Notes: a model not told the origin generated them from the letters alone. Shown: positions 1-10,990, numbered from the stretch's first letter. The stretch is 52,211 bases of DNA from Methanobacteriota archaeon (GCA_014240255.1 JAAZXG010000005.1:1-52211), one strand, 5' to 3'. Program-made: numbers and translations.

Positions 1-1
1 G

Positions 2-586
2 TATTTAACCTGGCAAAATGAGATAGGTACGATGAAAGGTTCGCAAGTGTCTGGATACAAAACGAGTGAAAGAATTTTGCTACTAGGTGAGTCATATCGC
101 TCCCATCAATTTGATATGGATGATGATGGAGATGGTGATATGGATGTTATTGGTACTGCTTATACTGGAGATAAAGTATCTTGGTTTGTTAACGATGGGT
201 CACCTAGTGGAGCAGACTGGACTGCGTATTCTATTGGTACACCAAATGGTCCTATATCACTAGTTACAGTTGATTTCGATTATGATGGTGATATTGATGT
301 GCTATGCGCAGAAAGTGAGGGCGATAAAATTAAATTATATACTAATGACGGCACCCCAGATGCAGGGTGGAGTGCTACAAATATAGCTACTAATGTAGAC
401 AAGGCATCAGACATTTTTGTAGTAGATTTAGATTTTGATGGATATCTGGATGTGGTGGCAGCAATAGAAGGTGATGATGAAGTTAATTGGTATGAGACCT
501 CAGCAATCCCTGAATTTTCTAATATTTTGATGCCTATTGTTTCGGTTTTAGCTATAGTTGGATTAAATTATAGAAGAAGATTATAG
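2..586 (+). CDS. FG-GAP/VCBS-type repeat surface protein with PEF-CTERM sorting signal (5' partial)
   Basis: Frame is open from base 2 (YLTWQNEIGT-MKGS...). Three DxDxDGxxD repeats (DDDGDGDMDV, DFDYDGDIDV, DLDFDGYLDV). C-terminus is IPEF + hydrophobic helix + RRRL. Confidence 0.85.
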   Translation, partial: YLTWQNEIGTMKGSQVSGYKTSERILLLGESYRSHQFDMDDDGDGDMDVIGTAYTGDKVSWFVNDGSPSGADWTAYSIGTPNGPISLVTVDFDYDGDIDVLCAESEGDKIKLYTNDGTPDAGWSATNIATNVDKASDIFVVDLDFDGYLDVVAAIEGDDEVNWYETSAIPEFSNILMPIVSVLAIVGLNYRRRL

Positions 587-2161
587 TCTAAATCGTTTTA
601 ATGAACTTGGTAGAACACACATTCCAACAAATAACATTGGTATCAGAGATTTTTTAGTTGGTTCTTGCAAATTTTCAATAATTGGATAAAACTCCGTCAA
701 ATTCCCTACAGATTCATACAGACTTGGACCATTTCCTAGATAGTAAACAGATCCTAAACGATCTCTTGAATTGGCCGGAGTTGTATCATTTCCTGAGGCA
801 CAGGTTCCCGTACATCCATCAGCAAAACCGATGTACACTCTACCTTCTAAATCAATGTGTAAATCATTAAAATCTAGAAGATTACGATTAGAACCACCAT
901 CATCCGAACGGCAATCTCCACTGTTTAGGCATATACTGCCAACCTGTACTGGATCGGAAGAAACTCGTTGCGTATGAAATACAGGATTTTCATCTAATGC
1001 ATTAAGACTGTAAGTGACATAAAGATAATGAGTAACATTTGAGGTAGCATAGTGTGCGTTTCCATTCCATGGATTCCCATCGATATCAGTTTGGTTTAAT
1101 TCACTAGCGTTTTCGCTTCCGAGATATGTAATTGCAATTCTACCTGGGTCTCCTGCTGAGGTGTGTGGGAAAGTAGCTGAAATAACTTCTACAGGACTTA
1201 CTCTAATGCTGGTTTGTTCCCAAGTCTCTCCTGAATCAATACTTCTTGACATATAAACTCCTTGGTTTTCACCTACCCATACATTGTAAGCATTGGAATC
1301 TGTGTCTGTAGCAATTTCTCCATTTTTACGAGGATTTGGTGTTCCTACATCTTGTCCCATTGTTCTTTCTTCCCAAGTAAGGCCATTGTCTTTAGAAAAA
1401 ATAATAGACGGAGTTTCTACCCTAGGTGGCAAATAAACTGTACCGTCAGGTGCACTTGTAATTGCTCCATGTAATCCCCCATTTGCTGTTGCAATTCCTA
1501 CAAGATCACCTCCAACTTCAAAAGAAGCTCCTCCATCATAACTAGTATAACATGAAATATATGCTAATTTATTATAACAAAAATATACTGCAGTTTCATA
1601 GATACTTGAACTTATTCCGCCCCCTATTCCATATCCTTCATCAGTCCATGGGCCTGAACCTAACTTGATGTGATCATTAACTGGAGCGCCTGAATCGTGA
1701 GGGTTTGCTTCCCAACTTTGTCCATCATTATCCGACCATCCTATCCATGTAGTCCAAAGCCCCATCATGTGAATATTGAATACTCTATCCGTTATTGGAT
1801 CAACCCAACCATAGGGATCATTAGTGAAGAATGCCTGCGTACCATCTGCTGTATTTTCCCATGTCAGTCCATGGTCGCATGAGCGCATTGGTTTTTCGAA
1901 TGCTATGAAAAAAATACAACCACTTGAAGTAACTCCAATACTTGGTTCAGCTCCTTGTTCTCCTACATCACTGAAAACAAAATCCATGGCGAGGGGCTCA
2001 CCTTCAATTGAGGTCCCATTAGGACCAGTAACAAAAGTTCCATTAGGGAGTGAAGGTTCTTCAATAACTATCGGTTCTTTTGGTTCATCTTCTAGACAAC
2101 CAGTAATGCTAGTTAGAGTGAGCATAAAGCAAATCGCTATAACTGGTGCATTTAATTTCAT
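581..2161 (-). CDS. BNR/sialidase-like beta-propeller lipoprotein
   Basis: Asp-box repeats SCDHGLTW, SDNDGQSW, SYDGGASF, SKDNGLTW, SIDSGETW. Lipobox-like LTSITGC follows the likely start MKLNAP at 2161 (track start 2221). Confidence 0.75.
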   Translation of the reverse strand: MKLNAPVIAICFMLTLTSITGCLEDEPKEPIVIEEPSLPNGTFVTGPNGTSIEGEPLAMDFVFSDVGEQGAEPSIGVTSSGCIFFIAFEKPMRSCDHGLTWENTADGTQAFFTNDPYGWVDPITDRVFNIHMMGLWTTWIGWSDNDGQSWEANPHDSGAPVNDHIKLGSGPWTDEGYGIGGGISSSIYETAVYFCYNKLAYISCYTSYDGGASFEVGGDLVGIATANGGLHGAITSAPDGTVYLPPRVETPSIIFSKDNGLTWEERTMGQDVGTPNPRKNGEIATDTDSNAYNVWVGENQGVYMSRSIDSGETWEQTSIRVSPVEVISATFPHTSAGDPGRIAITYLGSENASELNQTDIDGNPWNGNAHYATSNVTHYLYVTYSLNALDENPVFHTQRVSSDPVQVGSICLNSGDCRSDDGGSNRNLLDFNDLHIDLEGRVYIGFADGCTGTCASGNDTTPANSRDRLGSVYYLGNGPSLYESVGNLTEFYPIIENLQEPTKKSLIPMLFVGMCVLPSSLKRFRL

Positions 2162-2232
2162 GATATAACTGTATTTGGAGTCAGCATCATAATATTTATC
2201 CCAAAATTTAGCTATTTCCATTCTAAACTAGA

Positions 2233-3492
2233 TTACCAACCATAGGTTTCTGTAACCTTGAGACTTGCTTTAATTTTCAGAAGTTTACCAGCCATGGGCA
2301 ATAAATCTGGATTTTTAATCAAAATACCTAACATTTTGTGCCATGGTAAATTTGAATAATTTCGTCCCTCATAAATGTCACCAATTAAATTTAGAGTTCT
2401 TTTATCTAAAGAATAAATTAGTTTAGATTGGTCAACGAATTTCTGTTGTGTCCATGGTTGTCTTTTGAGAATTCGGTCATACCATATGTGTGATTCTAAA
2501 TCAGGATGTAATGATTTTCCACAAGAATCCCAATATCGTCCTCTTAGTTCATGGCAATTAATAGCATGTGAAGGAGGTGTAAGTGTTCCAGTTCCCAGCT
2601 CATTTCGAATAGCGATTGCAGCATATTCTCCAGATAACATTCCGACATGAACGCCTCCTTTAGTAATTGGATTTGTTAATCCAGCCGAATCTCCAATAAC
2701 ATAGGCATCTTTTGTTGCAAATTGAGGGATAGGTCCATCTCTTGGTATTAGTCCTCCGTTTTGCTTGTCACCAAGTTCGTTTTTTATTCTTTTATCGGGT
2801 TCAACACTCATATGTTCACGACAGAAATAGTCTAATCCTTTTTTTGCACCGTTTGTTGATACTATTCCAACATTAAAAATCCCATCACGAGGAAAAACCC
2901 AAACATATCCTTCTGCAAACATGGGGTCTATGTAAAAATCAAAGTAATCAGTATCTGGAAAATCTACGTCACTAGTTTTGAATTTATATTGAAGACCAGG
3001 CAGTAATCGAAGTTTATCATTTCCTTTAAGGCCAACTTGTGTTACAATATTTGGTACACGTCCTTCTGCGATAACAAGCTGTTTAGCTTTCGCTACTTTT
3101 CCATCCTTGGAAAAGAGGCTCCAGTGATCATTTTCTTTTGTAACTCTAGATATTTTTAAATTTTCATGACGTTCAACACCTGCAGCCACAGCATCATCCG
3201 ATATGGTTCTATCTAATCCCCAACGGTGTATTGAGTATCCAGGTGACATCAATCCTACAGACTTACCGTTTGGCATTCTTATTCTGTTACCTTTAACTTC
3301 TCTAATTGCCCAATCGCCTACAGGATAGTTGGTATGCTCCAGAGCAATTTTACCTAAACCTTCTCCACAGTGTATAGGGTCTCCTACACGTTTTTTTCTA
3401 TCGAAAGCAATAACTGAATGTCCGGCTTCAGCTAGGCGTAATGCTGCAATACCTCCTGCAGGTCCTTGTCCAATTACAGCTACATCATACAT
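2233..3492 (-). CDS. Geranylgeranyl reductase family FAD oxidoreductase (DGGGPL reductase-like)
   Basis: YDVAVIGQGPAG FAD motif, PIHCGEG, GYVWVFP, GDSAGLTNPITKGG. Confidence 0.85.
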   Translation of the reverse strand: MYDVAVIGQGPAGGIAALRLAEAGHSVIAFDRKKRVGDPIHCGEGLGKIALEHTNYPVGDWAIREVKGNRIRMPNGKSVGLMSPGYSIHRWGLDRTISDDAVAAGVERHENLKISRVTKENDHWSLFSKDGKVAKAKQLVIAEGRVPNIVTQVGLKGNDKLRLLPGLQYKFKTSDVDFPDTDYFDFYIDPMFAEGYVWVFPRDGIFNVGIVSTNGAKKGLDYFCREHMSVEPDKRIKNELGDKQNGGLIPRDGPIPQFATKDAYVIGDSAGLTNPITKGGVHVGMLSGEYAAIAIRNELGTGTLTPPSHAINCHELRGRYWDSCGKSLHPDLESHIWYDRILKRQPWTQQKFVDQSKLIYSLDKRTLNLIGDIYEGRNYSNLPWHKMLGILIKNPDLLPMAGKLLKIKASLKVTETYGW

Positions 3493-3522
3493 GTGAGGTC
3501 CGATTGGGACTTGATAATAAGG

Positions 3523-4326
3523 CTACTCTTTTTTTTTAGAATCTCGCAAAACTGGCCTAGCCTCTCGAAATCTTTCCAATTCTTCAAACTTTAATTCACA
3601 AACGATTACACCTTCTTCAAAACTAGGCATTTCAGAAATAGTTTTTCCTCTTGGATCTACTACTAAAGATTCTCCAGCAAAAGTTAGGCTTCCTTGTGTA
3701 CCTATATTATTCGAATATGCGTAAAAACAGGTTGTTTCAATTGCTCTTGCAGGCAACATCCTATGAAATAAGGGTCTAGATGTTGTTGGACTAGCAGATA
3801 AATTTATTATTAGATCAGCACTATTATGTGCTAAATCCATTGAAGTTTCAGGAAAAAAGATATCATAACAAATTTGAACTCCAATCTTTCCAAAAGGAGT
3901 ATCAAAAACATTACTTTCTTTTCCTTCACCAAAATACATTTTTTCTTCGAAGGGTCCAAAATTAGGTAAAAAACGTTTTTGATAATGTCCAATATATCCT
4001 TTAGGTCCAATCATGATTGCAGAGTTGAAAAGGGATTTTCCAGATTTTTCAACAATTCCAGTAAGAATATGAATTTCAAATTTTTTAGCTAATTCACAAA
4101 TTCCATTCTGTGCAATTGCAGAACTTGGTATTTTTTCAGCTGTTGCACTATAATTGTCTCTTAAATTATATCCAGTAATAAAAAGTTCAGGAAAAACAAT
4201 TAAATCTAGATTTGAATCAGACTTTTTTTGAGCCTCTATAATCATTTTTTCCATTATTTCTAGATTTTTAGAGATATCACCGAGAATAATTGGTGCTTGA
4301 CCTATTGCCAAATACATAGAGCCCAT
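3523..4326 (-). CDS. Carbon-nitrogen hydrolase, probable glutaminase subunit for NAD synthetase
   Basis: E-K-C triad motifs (FPEL, YQKRFLPNFGPFEEKMYF, ICYD) and SASP; divergent from nadE. Confidence 0.8.
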   Translation of the reverse strand: MGSMYLAIGQAPIILGDISKNLEIMEKMIIEAQKKSDSNLDLIVFPELFITGYNLRDNYSATAEKIPSSAIAQNGICELAKKFEIHILTGIVEKSGKSLFNSAIMIGPKGYIGHYQKRFLPNFGPFEEKMYFGEGKESNVFDTPFGKIGVQICYDIFFPETSMDLAHNSADLIINLSASPTTSRPLFHRMLPARAIETTCFYAYSNNIGTQGSLTFAGESLVVDPRGKTISEMPSFEEGVIVCELKFEELERFREARPVLRDSKKKE

Positions 4327-4389
4327 TTGCCCCTCTTAATAATAGATGTTATTGCTTAATTTCAATAAGGCCTTTGTTCTGAAACAAAT

Positions 4390-5193
4390 GTGGACCTAAT
4401 AGCCGATACACAAAAAATCATTGAGCAATTCATTCAGACTAGAGTGAATGATGCAGGCGCGGAAGGTGTTGTTCTAGGTTTATCGGGAGGAATCGATTCA
4501 GCAGTAACTCTAGCTTTGTCAGTCTCAGCCCTGGGATCTGAAAATGTTGTTGGCTTAATTATGCCTTTTAATACATCCGAGTCAATTACTCTTGCTTCAG
4601 ATCATGCTAAAAAATTAGGTGTAAAAACTATGGAATACAATATTTCAGATATTGTTTCTTCATTTAAAGAAGTAAGCAATATGTATTCTACCAAAGCAGC
4701 AGAGGGTAATTTACACTCAAGGATTCGAATGTCTCTTTTGTATGGTGAAGCATTTTCTTCTAATTATCTTGTAATTGGAACTTCAAATAAATCGGAACTT
4801 TTGATTGGATATTATACTAAGTGGGGCGACGGTGCTTCAGATTTCCTTCCCATAGGGGATTTGTATAAAAGTCAAGTTTATGAAATTTCTAAAGATTTGG
4901 ATGTTCCTTTGGAAATAAGAAACAGACCTCCAACTGCTGAATTATGGGAAGGTCAAACCGATGAATCTGAATTAGGAATAGATTATCTTACGCTGGATCT
5001 AATATTGCTAGGTTTAGAAAGACAAATTTCTAAAAAAGAGTTGAGTTCAAACAGCAATATAGATTTAGATTTAATTATAAAAATTGAAAATTTAATCAAA
5101 TTATCGATTCATAAGCGGGTGTTTCCACCAGTTTGTAAGATAGGTCGAAGGACAGTAGGTTTGGACTGGCGGGAAACGATAGGAAGTAAATAA
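4390..5193 (+). CDS. nadE: NAD+ synthetase (synthetase domain only)
   Basis: GLSGGIDS, GNLHSRIRM, GTSNKSE, GYYTKWGDG, PPTAELWEGQTDE. Confidence 0.95.
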   Translation: MDLIADTQKIIEQFIQTRVNDAGAEGVVLGLSGGIDSAVTLALSVSALGSENVVGLIMPFNTSESITLASDHAKKLGVKTMEYNISDIVSSFKEVSNMYSTKAAEGNLHSRIRMSLLYGEAFSSNYLVIGTSNKSELLIGYYTKWGDGASDFLPIGDLYKSQVYEISKDLDVPLEIRNRPPTAELWEGQTDESELGIDYLTLDLILLGLERQISKKELSSNSNIDLDLIIKIENLIKLSIHKRVFPPVCKIGRRTVGLDWRETIGSK

Positions 5194-5440
5194 TTTAAAA
5201 TTTACTTATTACGTCTTTTGACGAACCAAGTAGTTATCTTATTTTATTGGCTAATATTGTGGAACCAACATGCCTTTTTTGTTAACTTATGCTATTTTTT
5301 TACCTTTTCCGAGGTGGTAGTACCCCTAAAAATGGATAAAACCTTTTTTTTTAAAACATATGTAATGCTTATTATATGGATGCTCAATAGCGGGAGACCG
5401 ATGAAATTAACACAAATTATGGTAATGTATGAATCGCTCC

Positions 5441-5460
5441 AGCCACCTTTGGGGGTGGCT
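5441..5460 (+). promoter_or_regulatory. GC-rich hairpin covering the SD-like sequence just before the nrdJ TTG start
   Basis: AGCCACC-TTTGGG-GGTGGCT inverted repeat ending 3 nt before the TTG at 5464. Confidence 0.45.
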
Positions 5461-5463
5461 TGA

Positions 5464-8400
5464 TTGCCAGCTAAATTAAATGGCTTGAAAATAGAGCGTA
5501 AGTTTACTGAGAGTGGTAAGGATCCGTTTCAAAAATTAAGTTGGAGTAAAAGGGATGTAGAAATTCGTAATTTTGATGGAACTGTTGCTTTTTCAATGAA
5601 AAATGTTAACCTTCCAGATAATTACAGTCAAGTAGCATCTAATGTTCTTTCACAAAAATATCTTCGAAAAGCCGGAATTCCTAAAAAATTGAAGAAGGTC
5701 AGAGAAAAGGGTGTACCTATTTGGCTCCAAAAGAGTGTTCCAGATCATAAAGCTTTGGAAGATTTACCTGAAGATGAAAGATATGGTGAAGAGGTTGATG
5801 GAAAACAAACGTTTAGACGTCTAGCCGGCACCTGGACTTATTGGGGATGGAAACATGGTTATTTTGGAAGTGAAGAAGATGCTAGGGCCTATTATGATGA
5901 AATGTGTTTTATGCTTGCTTTTCAGATGGTTTCACCTAATTCACCGCAATGGTTCAACACAGGATTGAATTGGGCTTATGGTATTGAAGGCCCCCCTCAG
6001 GGGCATTATTTTGTTAATCCAGATACAGAGAAGTTGGAAAGCTCAACTAATGCATATGAACATCCACAACCTCATGCATGTTTTATTCAATCAGTATCAG
6101 ATGATTTAGTTAGTGAAGGCGGTATTATGGATTTATGGACTCGTGAAGCGAGATTATTTAAATTTGGTTCAGGAACTGGTAGTAATTTTTCTAGAATAAG
6201 AGGCGAGGGTGAACCCCTTTCTGGTGGTGGAATGTCTTCAGGTCTGATGTCTTTTTTAAGAATAGGTGATCGTGCAGCCGGAGCCATCAAATCAGGTGGA
6301 ACCACACGTCGTGCAGCTAAAATGGTTTGTTTAGATATGGATCATCCAGATATTGAAGCTTTTATTAATTGGAAGTTAACTGAAGAAGAGAAAGTTGCAG
6401 CTCTTGTCTCGGGTTCTCAACATCTTCAAAATCATGCTAATGAGATTTTAGCATCAATTCAAGCTCATCCTGAGGATAGTACTCGTTTTGATCAATCTAA
6501 GAATAAGCCTCTGGCTTTATCTATAAATTCTGCAATTAAAGCATATATTCCAGAAAATTTGATTGCGAGAGTATTAGAATTAGGTCAACAAGGTTATACT
6601 CAAATCGAGATGGACACTTATGACACCTCTTGGGAAGGTGAAGCTTATTCTACAGTTTCAGGTCAAAATAGTAATAATTCAGTTCGTGTAAGCAATGATT
6701 TCATGGATGCAGTTATAAATGAAAAAAATTGGGATTTATATTGGAGAACTGAATTAGATAATGCCAAAGAGCAAAGTCGTAAACCTAAAGCCTGTAAAAC
6801 TATTCCAGCAAATGATCTTTGGGATAATATTTCAAGAGCGGCTTGGTCATGTGCTGATCCTGGTTTGCAATATGATACAACAATTAATGAATGGCATACG
6901 TGTTCTCCAGATGGATTGATTAATGGCAGTAATCCATGTTCTGAGTATATGTTTTTGGATGATACAGCTTGTAATTTAGCTAGTTTAAATTTAGTTAAAT
7001 ATTATAACAAAGAAACAATGCAATTTCAAACAGAAGAGTACAATCATTCTATTAGATTATGGACTGTGGCTCTTGAAATTTCAGTATTGATGGCCCAATT
7101 TCCTTCTATGGCTATTGCTCAACGAAGTTATGATTATCGAACACTAGGCCTAGGTTATGCTAACATTGGTTCATTATTGATGCGTATGGGTATACCTTAT
7201 GATGATAACCGAGCTTCAGCAATATGTGGTGCATTAACTTCAATGCTTGGTGGAGTATCATATGCAACTAGTGCTGAAATGGCTGCAGTTAAGGGGCCAT
7301 TCCCAAGATATGAGCACAATAAAGATAATATGCTTAGAGTAATGAGAAATCATCGAAGAGCAGCATACAATGCGCTAGATGAAGAATATGAAGGTTTAAC
7401 AATTAAACCGAGAGGAATAGATTCAAATTATTGTCCAGAGTATTTACTTAAATCTGCACAAAGTTGCTGGGATCAGGTAATTGATTTAGGAGAAAAACAT
7501 GGTTTCCGTAACGCCCAATCAACAGTCATAGCACCAACCGGTACAATTGGAATTGTTATGGATTGTGATACAACCGGAATAGAACCTGATTTTGCACTTG
7601 TTAAGTTCAAGACATTAGCAGGTGGAGGGATGCTCCGGATAATTAATCAATCTGTACCTGCTGCGTTAGATCGTCTTGGATATGACAATTTACAATCCGA
7701 ACAAATTGTTGATTACATTATAGGTTCTGGAACTTTTGAAGGTTCACCAGAGATAAATACAGAATCGTTGAAAAAGAAAGGTTTGACTCCAGACATAATT
7801 AATTCACTTGAATCACAGATTAGTAAATTTACCTCAATGAATCATTTAATCACTGTGACGAGTATTGGGTCTGATTTTTGTAAAGATAAATTAAGAGTTA
7901 ACGAATCAAGTTTGGATGATTTTTCTTTTGATTTATTACGTCATTTAGGATTTACTAATGCACAGATTACTGCCGCTAATGATTTTATTTTTGGACGGCT
8001 TACAATTGAAGGAGCTCCACATATTAAGGACAAAGATTTACCTGTTTTTGATTGTGCAAATAAGTGTGGTCAATACGGTACTCGGTCTATTGCTTGGAGC
8101 GCACATATTAACATAATGTCTGCAGCTCAACCTTTCATTTCAGGTGCTATATCAAAGACAATTAATATGCCACATGAATCAACTATAGATGATATCAAAC
8201 AAGCATACATGGATTCATGGCGTGGTATGATTAAGGCCAATGCTTTATACCGTGATAGTTCAAAATTAAGTCAACCACTAATGTCTGGTACTGTTTTGAA
8301 AGTGGATATAGCTGAAGAAGAAGATTTACTTGCTGAAGGATTGATTAGTACTCAAAAAGCAGTTGAAGTGATGGCCGATGCATTACCGATGTCTGATGCT

Positions 8401-9153
8401 AAACCTTTAGCCCGTAAAATAGTAACTAGATATATAGCCCAAAGAAGACGTCTTCCAAATAAGAGAGGTGGATATATTCAGAAAGCTAGCATAGGTGGCC
8501 ATAATGTATATCTTCATACTGGTGAATATGTTGACGGCAGTCTTGGTGAAATTTTTATTGATATGCATAAAGAAGGTGCAGCTTTCAAGGCATTAACTAA
8601 TGCTTTTGCAATTGCAGTAAGTTTAGGTTTACAGCATGGTGTTCCTCTGAAAGAATTTGTTGATGCTTTTGTTTTTACTAGATATGAACCTAATGGTCCC
8701 GTAATTGGTAATGACCGAATTAAGATGTCTACAAGTATTCTGGATTATATCTTTAGAGATTTAGCAGTTAATTATCTTGATAGGAATGATTTAGCCCATG
8801 TTAAACCTGAAGATCTTAAACCAGATATTGTAAGGAGCGAAGGTGAAACTGAGACTGAATTCAATTTGAATGCTGGATTAAGTCCTGCTGGAGATTCAAC
8901 TGATGGCCATGAAATACAACTTACTTTAGATGAATTACAACTAAATACTGCAGACACTTCTTCTTTACAAACAGATTTTACAGAAGTATCACAGGCTTCA
9001 TATCCACAGTCTTCTGAGAATAATTCAGCCGAAGAAGCCAGTAAATTTGGATTTGAGGGCGATCCTTGTCCAGAGTGCGGTCAATTTACTTTAGTATCTA
9101 ATGGGAGTTGCTTGAAATGCGTAAGTTGCGGTTCAACAACGGGTTGCTCTTAG
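5464..9153 (+). CDS. nrdJ: Class II (adenosylcobalamin-dependent) ribonucleotide reductase with TSCPD-like and C-terminal Zn-ribbon regions
   Basis: [58 protein letters not shown], terminal CPECG...[14 protein letters not shown]. Confidence 0.95.
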   Translation: MPAKLNGLKIERKFTESGKDPFQKLSWSKRDVEIRNFDGTVAFSMKNVNLPDNYSQVASNVLSQKYLRKAGIPKKLKKVREKGVPIWLQKSVPDHKALEDLPEDERYGEEVDGKQTFRRLAGTWTYWGWKHGYFGSEEDARAYYDEMCFMLAFQMVSPNSPQWFNTGLNWAYGIEGPPQGHYFVNPDTEKLESSTNAYEHPQPHACFIQSVSDDLVSEGGIMDLWTREARLFKFGSGTGSNFSRIRGEGEPLSGGGMSSGLMSFLRIGDRAAGAIKSGGTTRRAAKMVCLDMDHPDIEAFINWKLTEEEKVAALVSGSQHLQNHANEILASIQAHPEDSTRFDQSKNKPLALSINSAIKAYIPENLIARVLELGQQGYTQIEMDTYDTSWEGEAYSTVSGQNSNNSVRVSNDFMDAVINEKNWDLYWRTELDNAKEQSRKPKACKTIPANDLWDNISRAAWSCADPGLQYDTTINEWHTCSPDGLINGSNPCSEYMFLDDTACNLASLNLVKYYNKETMQFQTEEYNHSIRLWTVALEISVLMAQFPSMAIAQRSYDYRTLGLGYANIGSLLMRMGIPYDDNRASAICGALTSMLGGVSYATSAEMAAVKGPFPRYEHNKDNMLRVMRNHRRAAYNALDEEYEGLTIKPRGIDSNYCPEYLLKSAQSCWDQVIDLGEKHGFRNAQSTVIAPTGTIGIVMDCDTTGIEPDFALVKFKTLAGGGMLRIINQSVPAALDRLGYDNLQSEQIVDYIIGSGTFEGSPEINTESLKKKGLTPDIINSLESQISKFTSMNHLITVTSIGSDFCKDKLRVNESSLDDFSFDLLRHLGFTNAQITAANDFIFGRLTIEGAPHIKDKDLPVFDCANKCGQYGTRSIAWSAHINIMSAAQPFISGAISKTINMPHESTIDDIKQAYMDSWRGMIKANALYRDSSKLSQPLMSGTVLKVDIAEEEDLLAEGLISTQKAVEVMADALPMSDAKPLARKIVTRYIAQRRRLPNKRGGYIQKASIGGHNVYLHTGEYVDGSLGEIFIDMHKEGAAFKALTNAFAIAVSLGLQHGVPLKEFVDAFVFTRYEPNGPVIGNDRIKMSTSILDYIFRDLAVNYLDRNDLAHVKPEDLKPDIVRSEGETETEFNLNAGLSPAGDSTDGHEIQLTLDELQLNTADTSSLQTDFTEVSQASYPQSSENNSAEEASKFGFEGDPCPECGQFTLVSNGSCLKCVSCGSTTGCS

Positions 9154-9193
9154 TTAGAAAAACTAAATAAGCCCAAGTCAACTGCATCAAATA

Positions 9194-9910
9194 ATGGGAT
9201 TAGGAGAAAATCTTGATAATGCGATGGCCAAATTCGAGAATTATAACAATAGAGAAGTCTATAGAATTGGAAATTATAGTATAACTGGCCGCCTCGTTTC
9301 AGGTTTTATAGGTTTTTTTGTTATTATCCTAATGCTAATGGTAACGTTCTCATCAGCAGCTAATTCACTTATGGTCTCTGATTTAGGTGGAAGTAAAGCC
9401 TTTATTGGTGATTTAGTTATTACTGAAGTCGAAGGGCCTTCTATTTCAGGCACTTTAGATCCTGGTGATTCTATTGATTTTGGCTATATTGTCAGTGAGA
9501 TGGATTGGGATCATGTAGATAATCTCAGGATTTCCTATTTTGATGTTATAGTTGATTGGGATGCAAATGGAGGTGCCGGAGGAGGACGTCAAGTTACATT
9601 TGACGTTTCATCACAGAACAATACAAGTGGTCAAAGCCAAACAGATAATGGTGGTGGAGGAATAATAACAATCCCATGGACCGTTAACCAAGAAATTATG
9701 TTAAATAATGAAACTATTTCGAATAATGCAGATAGTGCCGTGGCTTTTGTGTCTAATTTAGAGGTTCCTGGCGAATGGATTGGTGGAACTTTCACATTTA
9801 GTTCTAGCAGTGCAGGTAGCATTCTACTTTCAGAATCGGTTGATTATACTATATCCCTTAAAATGTATACTTGGGATCTTCAAAATATAAGGGAGATTCA
9901 AGAGTTATAA
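9194..9910 (+). CDS. Hypothetical membrane-anchored protein
   Basis: 238-aa ORF with one N-proximal hydrophobic helix and a beta-rich acidic remainder; its stop overlaps the taw1 ATG. Confidence 0.65.
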   Translation: MGLGENLDNAMAKFENYNNREVYRIGNYSITGRLVSGFIGFFVIILMLMVTFSSAANSLMVSDLGGSKAFIGDLVITEVEGPSISGTLDPGDSIDFGYIVSEMDWDHVDNLRISYFDVIVDWDANGGAGGGRQVTFDVSSQNNTSGQSQTDNGGGGIITIPWTVNQEIMLNNETISNNADSAVAFVSNLEVPGEWIGGTFTFSSSSAGSILLSESVDYTISLKMYTWDLQNIREIQEL

Positions 9911-10950
9911 TGAATTCAGATACTGATGCCGATGAAGGCAATCTTCTTTTTACCGATGAATATAAAAAAGCACTTGAAAAAGCATCATATGAGATAGTTG
10001 GTAATCATTCAGCCGTTGAAATTTGTGGTTGGACTAAGAAAGGCATGAATGAAGAGAGTAGTGGTTGCTATAAGCAGAAATTTTACGGAATTCGTTCACA
10101 TCAGTGTACTCAAATGACTCCTGCTGCAGTTGCTTGTGATCAGAAATGTGTTTATTGTTGGAGAGCAAATGAAATGTTCTCAGGTAAGCAGGATTTAATG
10201 GAATATGCCAAAGACGATCCAGTAGACATAGTTGAAGGATCGATTGAAGGTCATTTAAGAAAATTGTCTGGTTTTGGTGGAAATCCAAAGGTAGATAAGC
10301 AGAAGTTTCTAGAGTCAAAAACAGTTAGACATTTTGCAATATCACTTACGGGAGAACCAACTTTGTATCAAGGTCTTCCAGGAATGCTTAGAGAACTTAG
10401 AGAACGTAAGATTTCTTCTTTTTTAGTAACAAATGGATTACATCCTGAAATGGTTGAAAGACTTAGAGATGAGGATTCATTACCGACTCAATTGTATATG
10501 TCTTTAGATGCACCAGATGAAGCTACATGGAAAAAAATAGACATACCATTAATTCCTAATTTCTGGGATAAGATTCTCGGAACTTTAAAATTAATGGATG
10601 GATTAAATACTCGAAAAGTTCTTAGAATGACTGTAGTCAAGGGTTGGAATGACTTTGATGTTTCAGGTTATGCTGAACTAATTAAATTAGCTGGTGAGAG
10701 AGTAATGGTTGAAGTTAAATCCTACATGCATTTGGGTCCGGCTCGAAAGCGTTTAAGTAAAGAGAACATGCTGTCTTATGATGAAGTTTTAGATTTCTCT
10801 AATAAGTTAGCTGCTGAATTGGGTTGGAAAATAATAGATGAAGCTCCTAATAGTTTGATTGCACTAGTAGCTGAAGAAGATTGGGATGGCAGAGTAATGG
10901 ATTTTGGAGATCCTTTGACAGGTCACTTAGAACCTACCTTCACTTGTTAA
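9910..10950 (+). CDS. taw1: 4-demethylwyosine synthase (radical SAM, TYW1/Taw1)
   Basis: HSAVEICGWTK, CYKQKFYGIRSHQC, CDQKCVYCWR, HFAISLTGEPTLY, EVKSYM. Likely start is ATG 9910 (track start 9871). Confidence 0.93.
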   Translation: MNSDTDADEGNLLFTDEYKKALEKASYEIVGNHSAVEICGWTKKGMNEESSGCYKQKFYGIRSHQCTQMTPAAVACDQKCVYCWRANEMFSGKQDLMEYAKDDPVDIVEGSIEGHLRKLSGFGGNPKVDKQKFLESKTVRHFAISLTGEPTLYQGLPGMLRELRERKISSFLVTNGLHPEMVERLRDEDSLPTQLYMSLDAPDEATWKKIDIPLIPNFWDKILGTLKLMDGLNTRKVLRMTVVKGWNDFDVSGYAELIKLAGERVMVEVKSYMHLGPARKRLSKENMLSYDEVLDFSNKLAAELGWKIIDEAPNSLIALVAEEDWDGRVMDFGDPLTGHLEPTFTC

Positions 10951-10990
10951 GCCCAAAAAAGGTAAATACTACTGCATTGACCTAAGTATT

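Noticed and set aside
5388-5460. Cobalamin riboswitch call (GGGAGACC and GCCAC resemble B12-box pieces)
   Set aside because: The elements are in the wrong order and the core GGGAA/GCCACTG architecture is missing. Kept only as a generic structured leader.
5218-5463. 81-aa ORF upstream of nrdJ
   Set aside because: TTG start, translation of T-rich promoter-like DNA, no motif; more likely non-coding.
5464-9153. Intein in the long NrdJ
   Set aside because: No splice-junction or LAGLIDADG motifs seen; the length is explained by the TSCPD-like and Zn-ribbon C-terminus.
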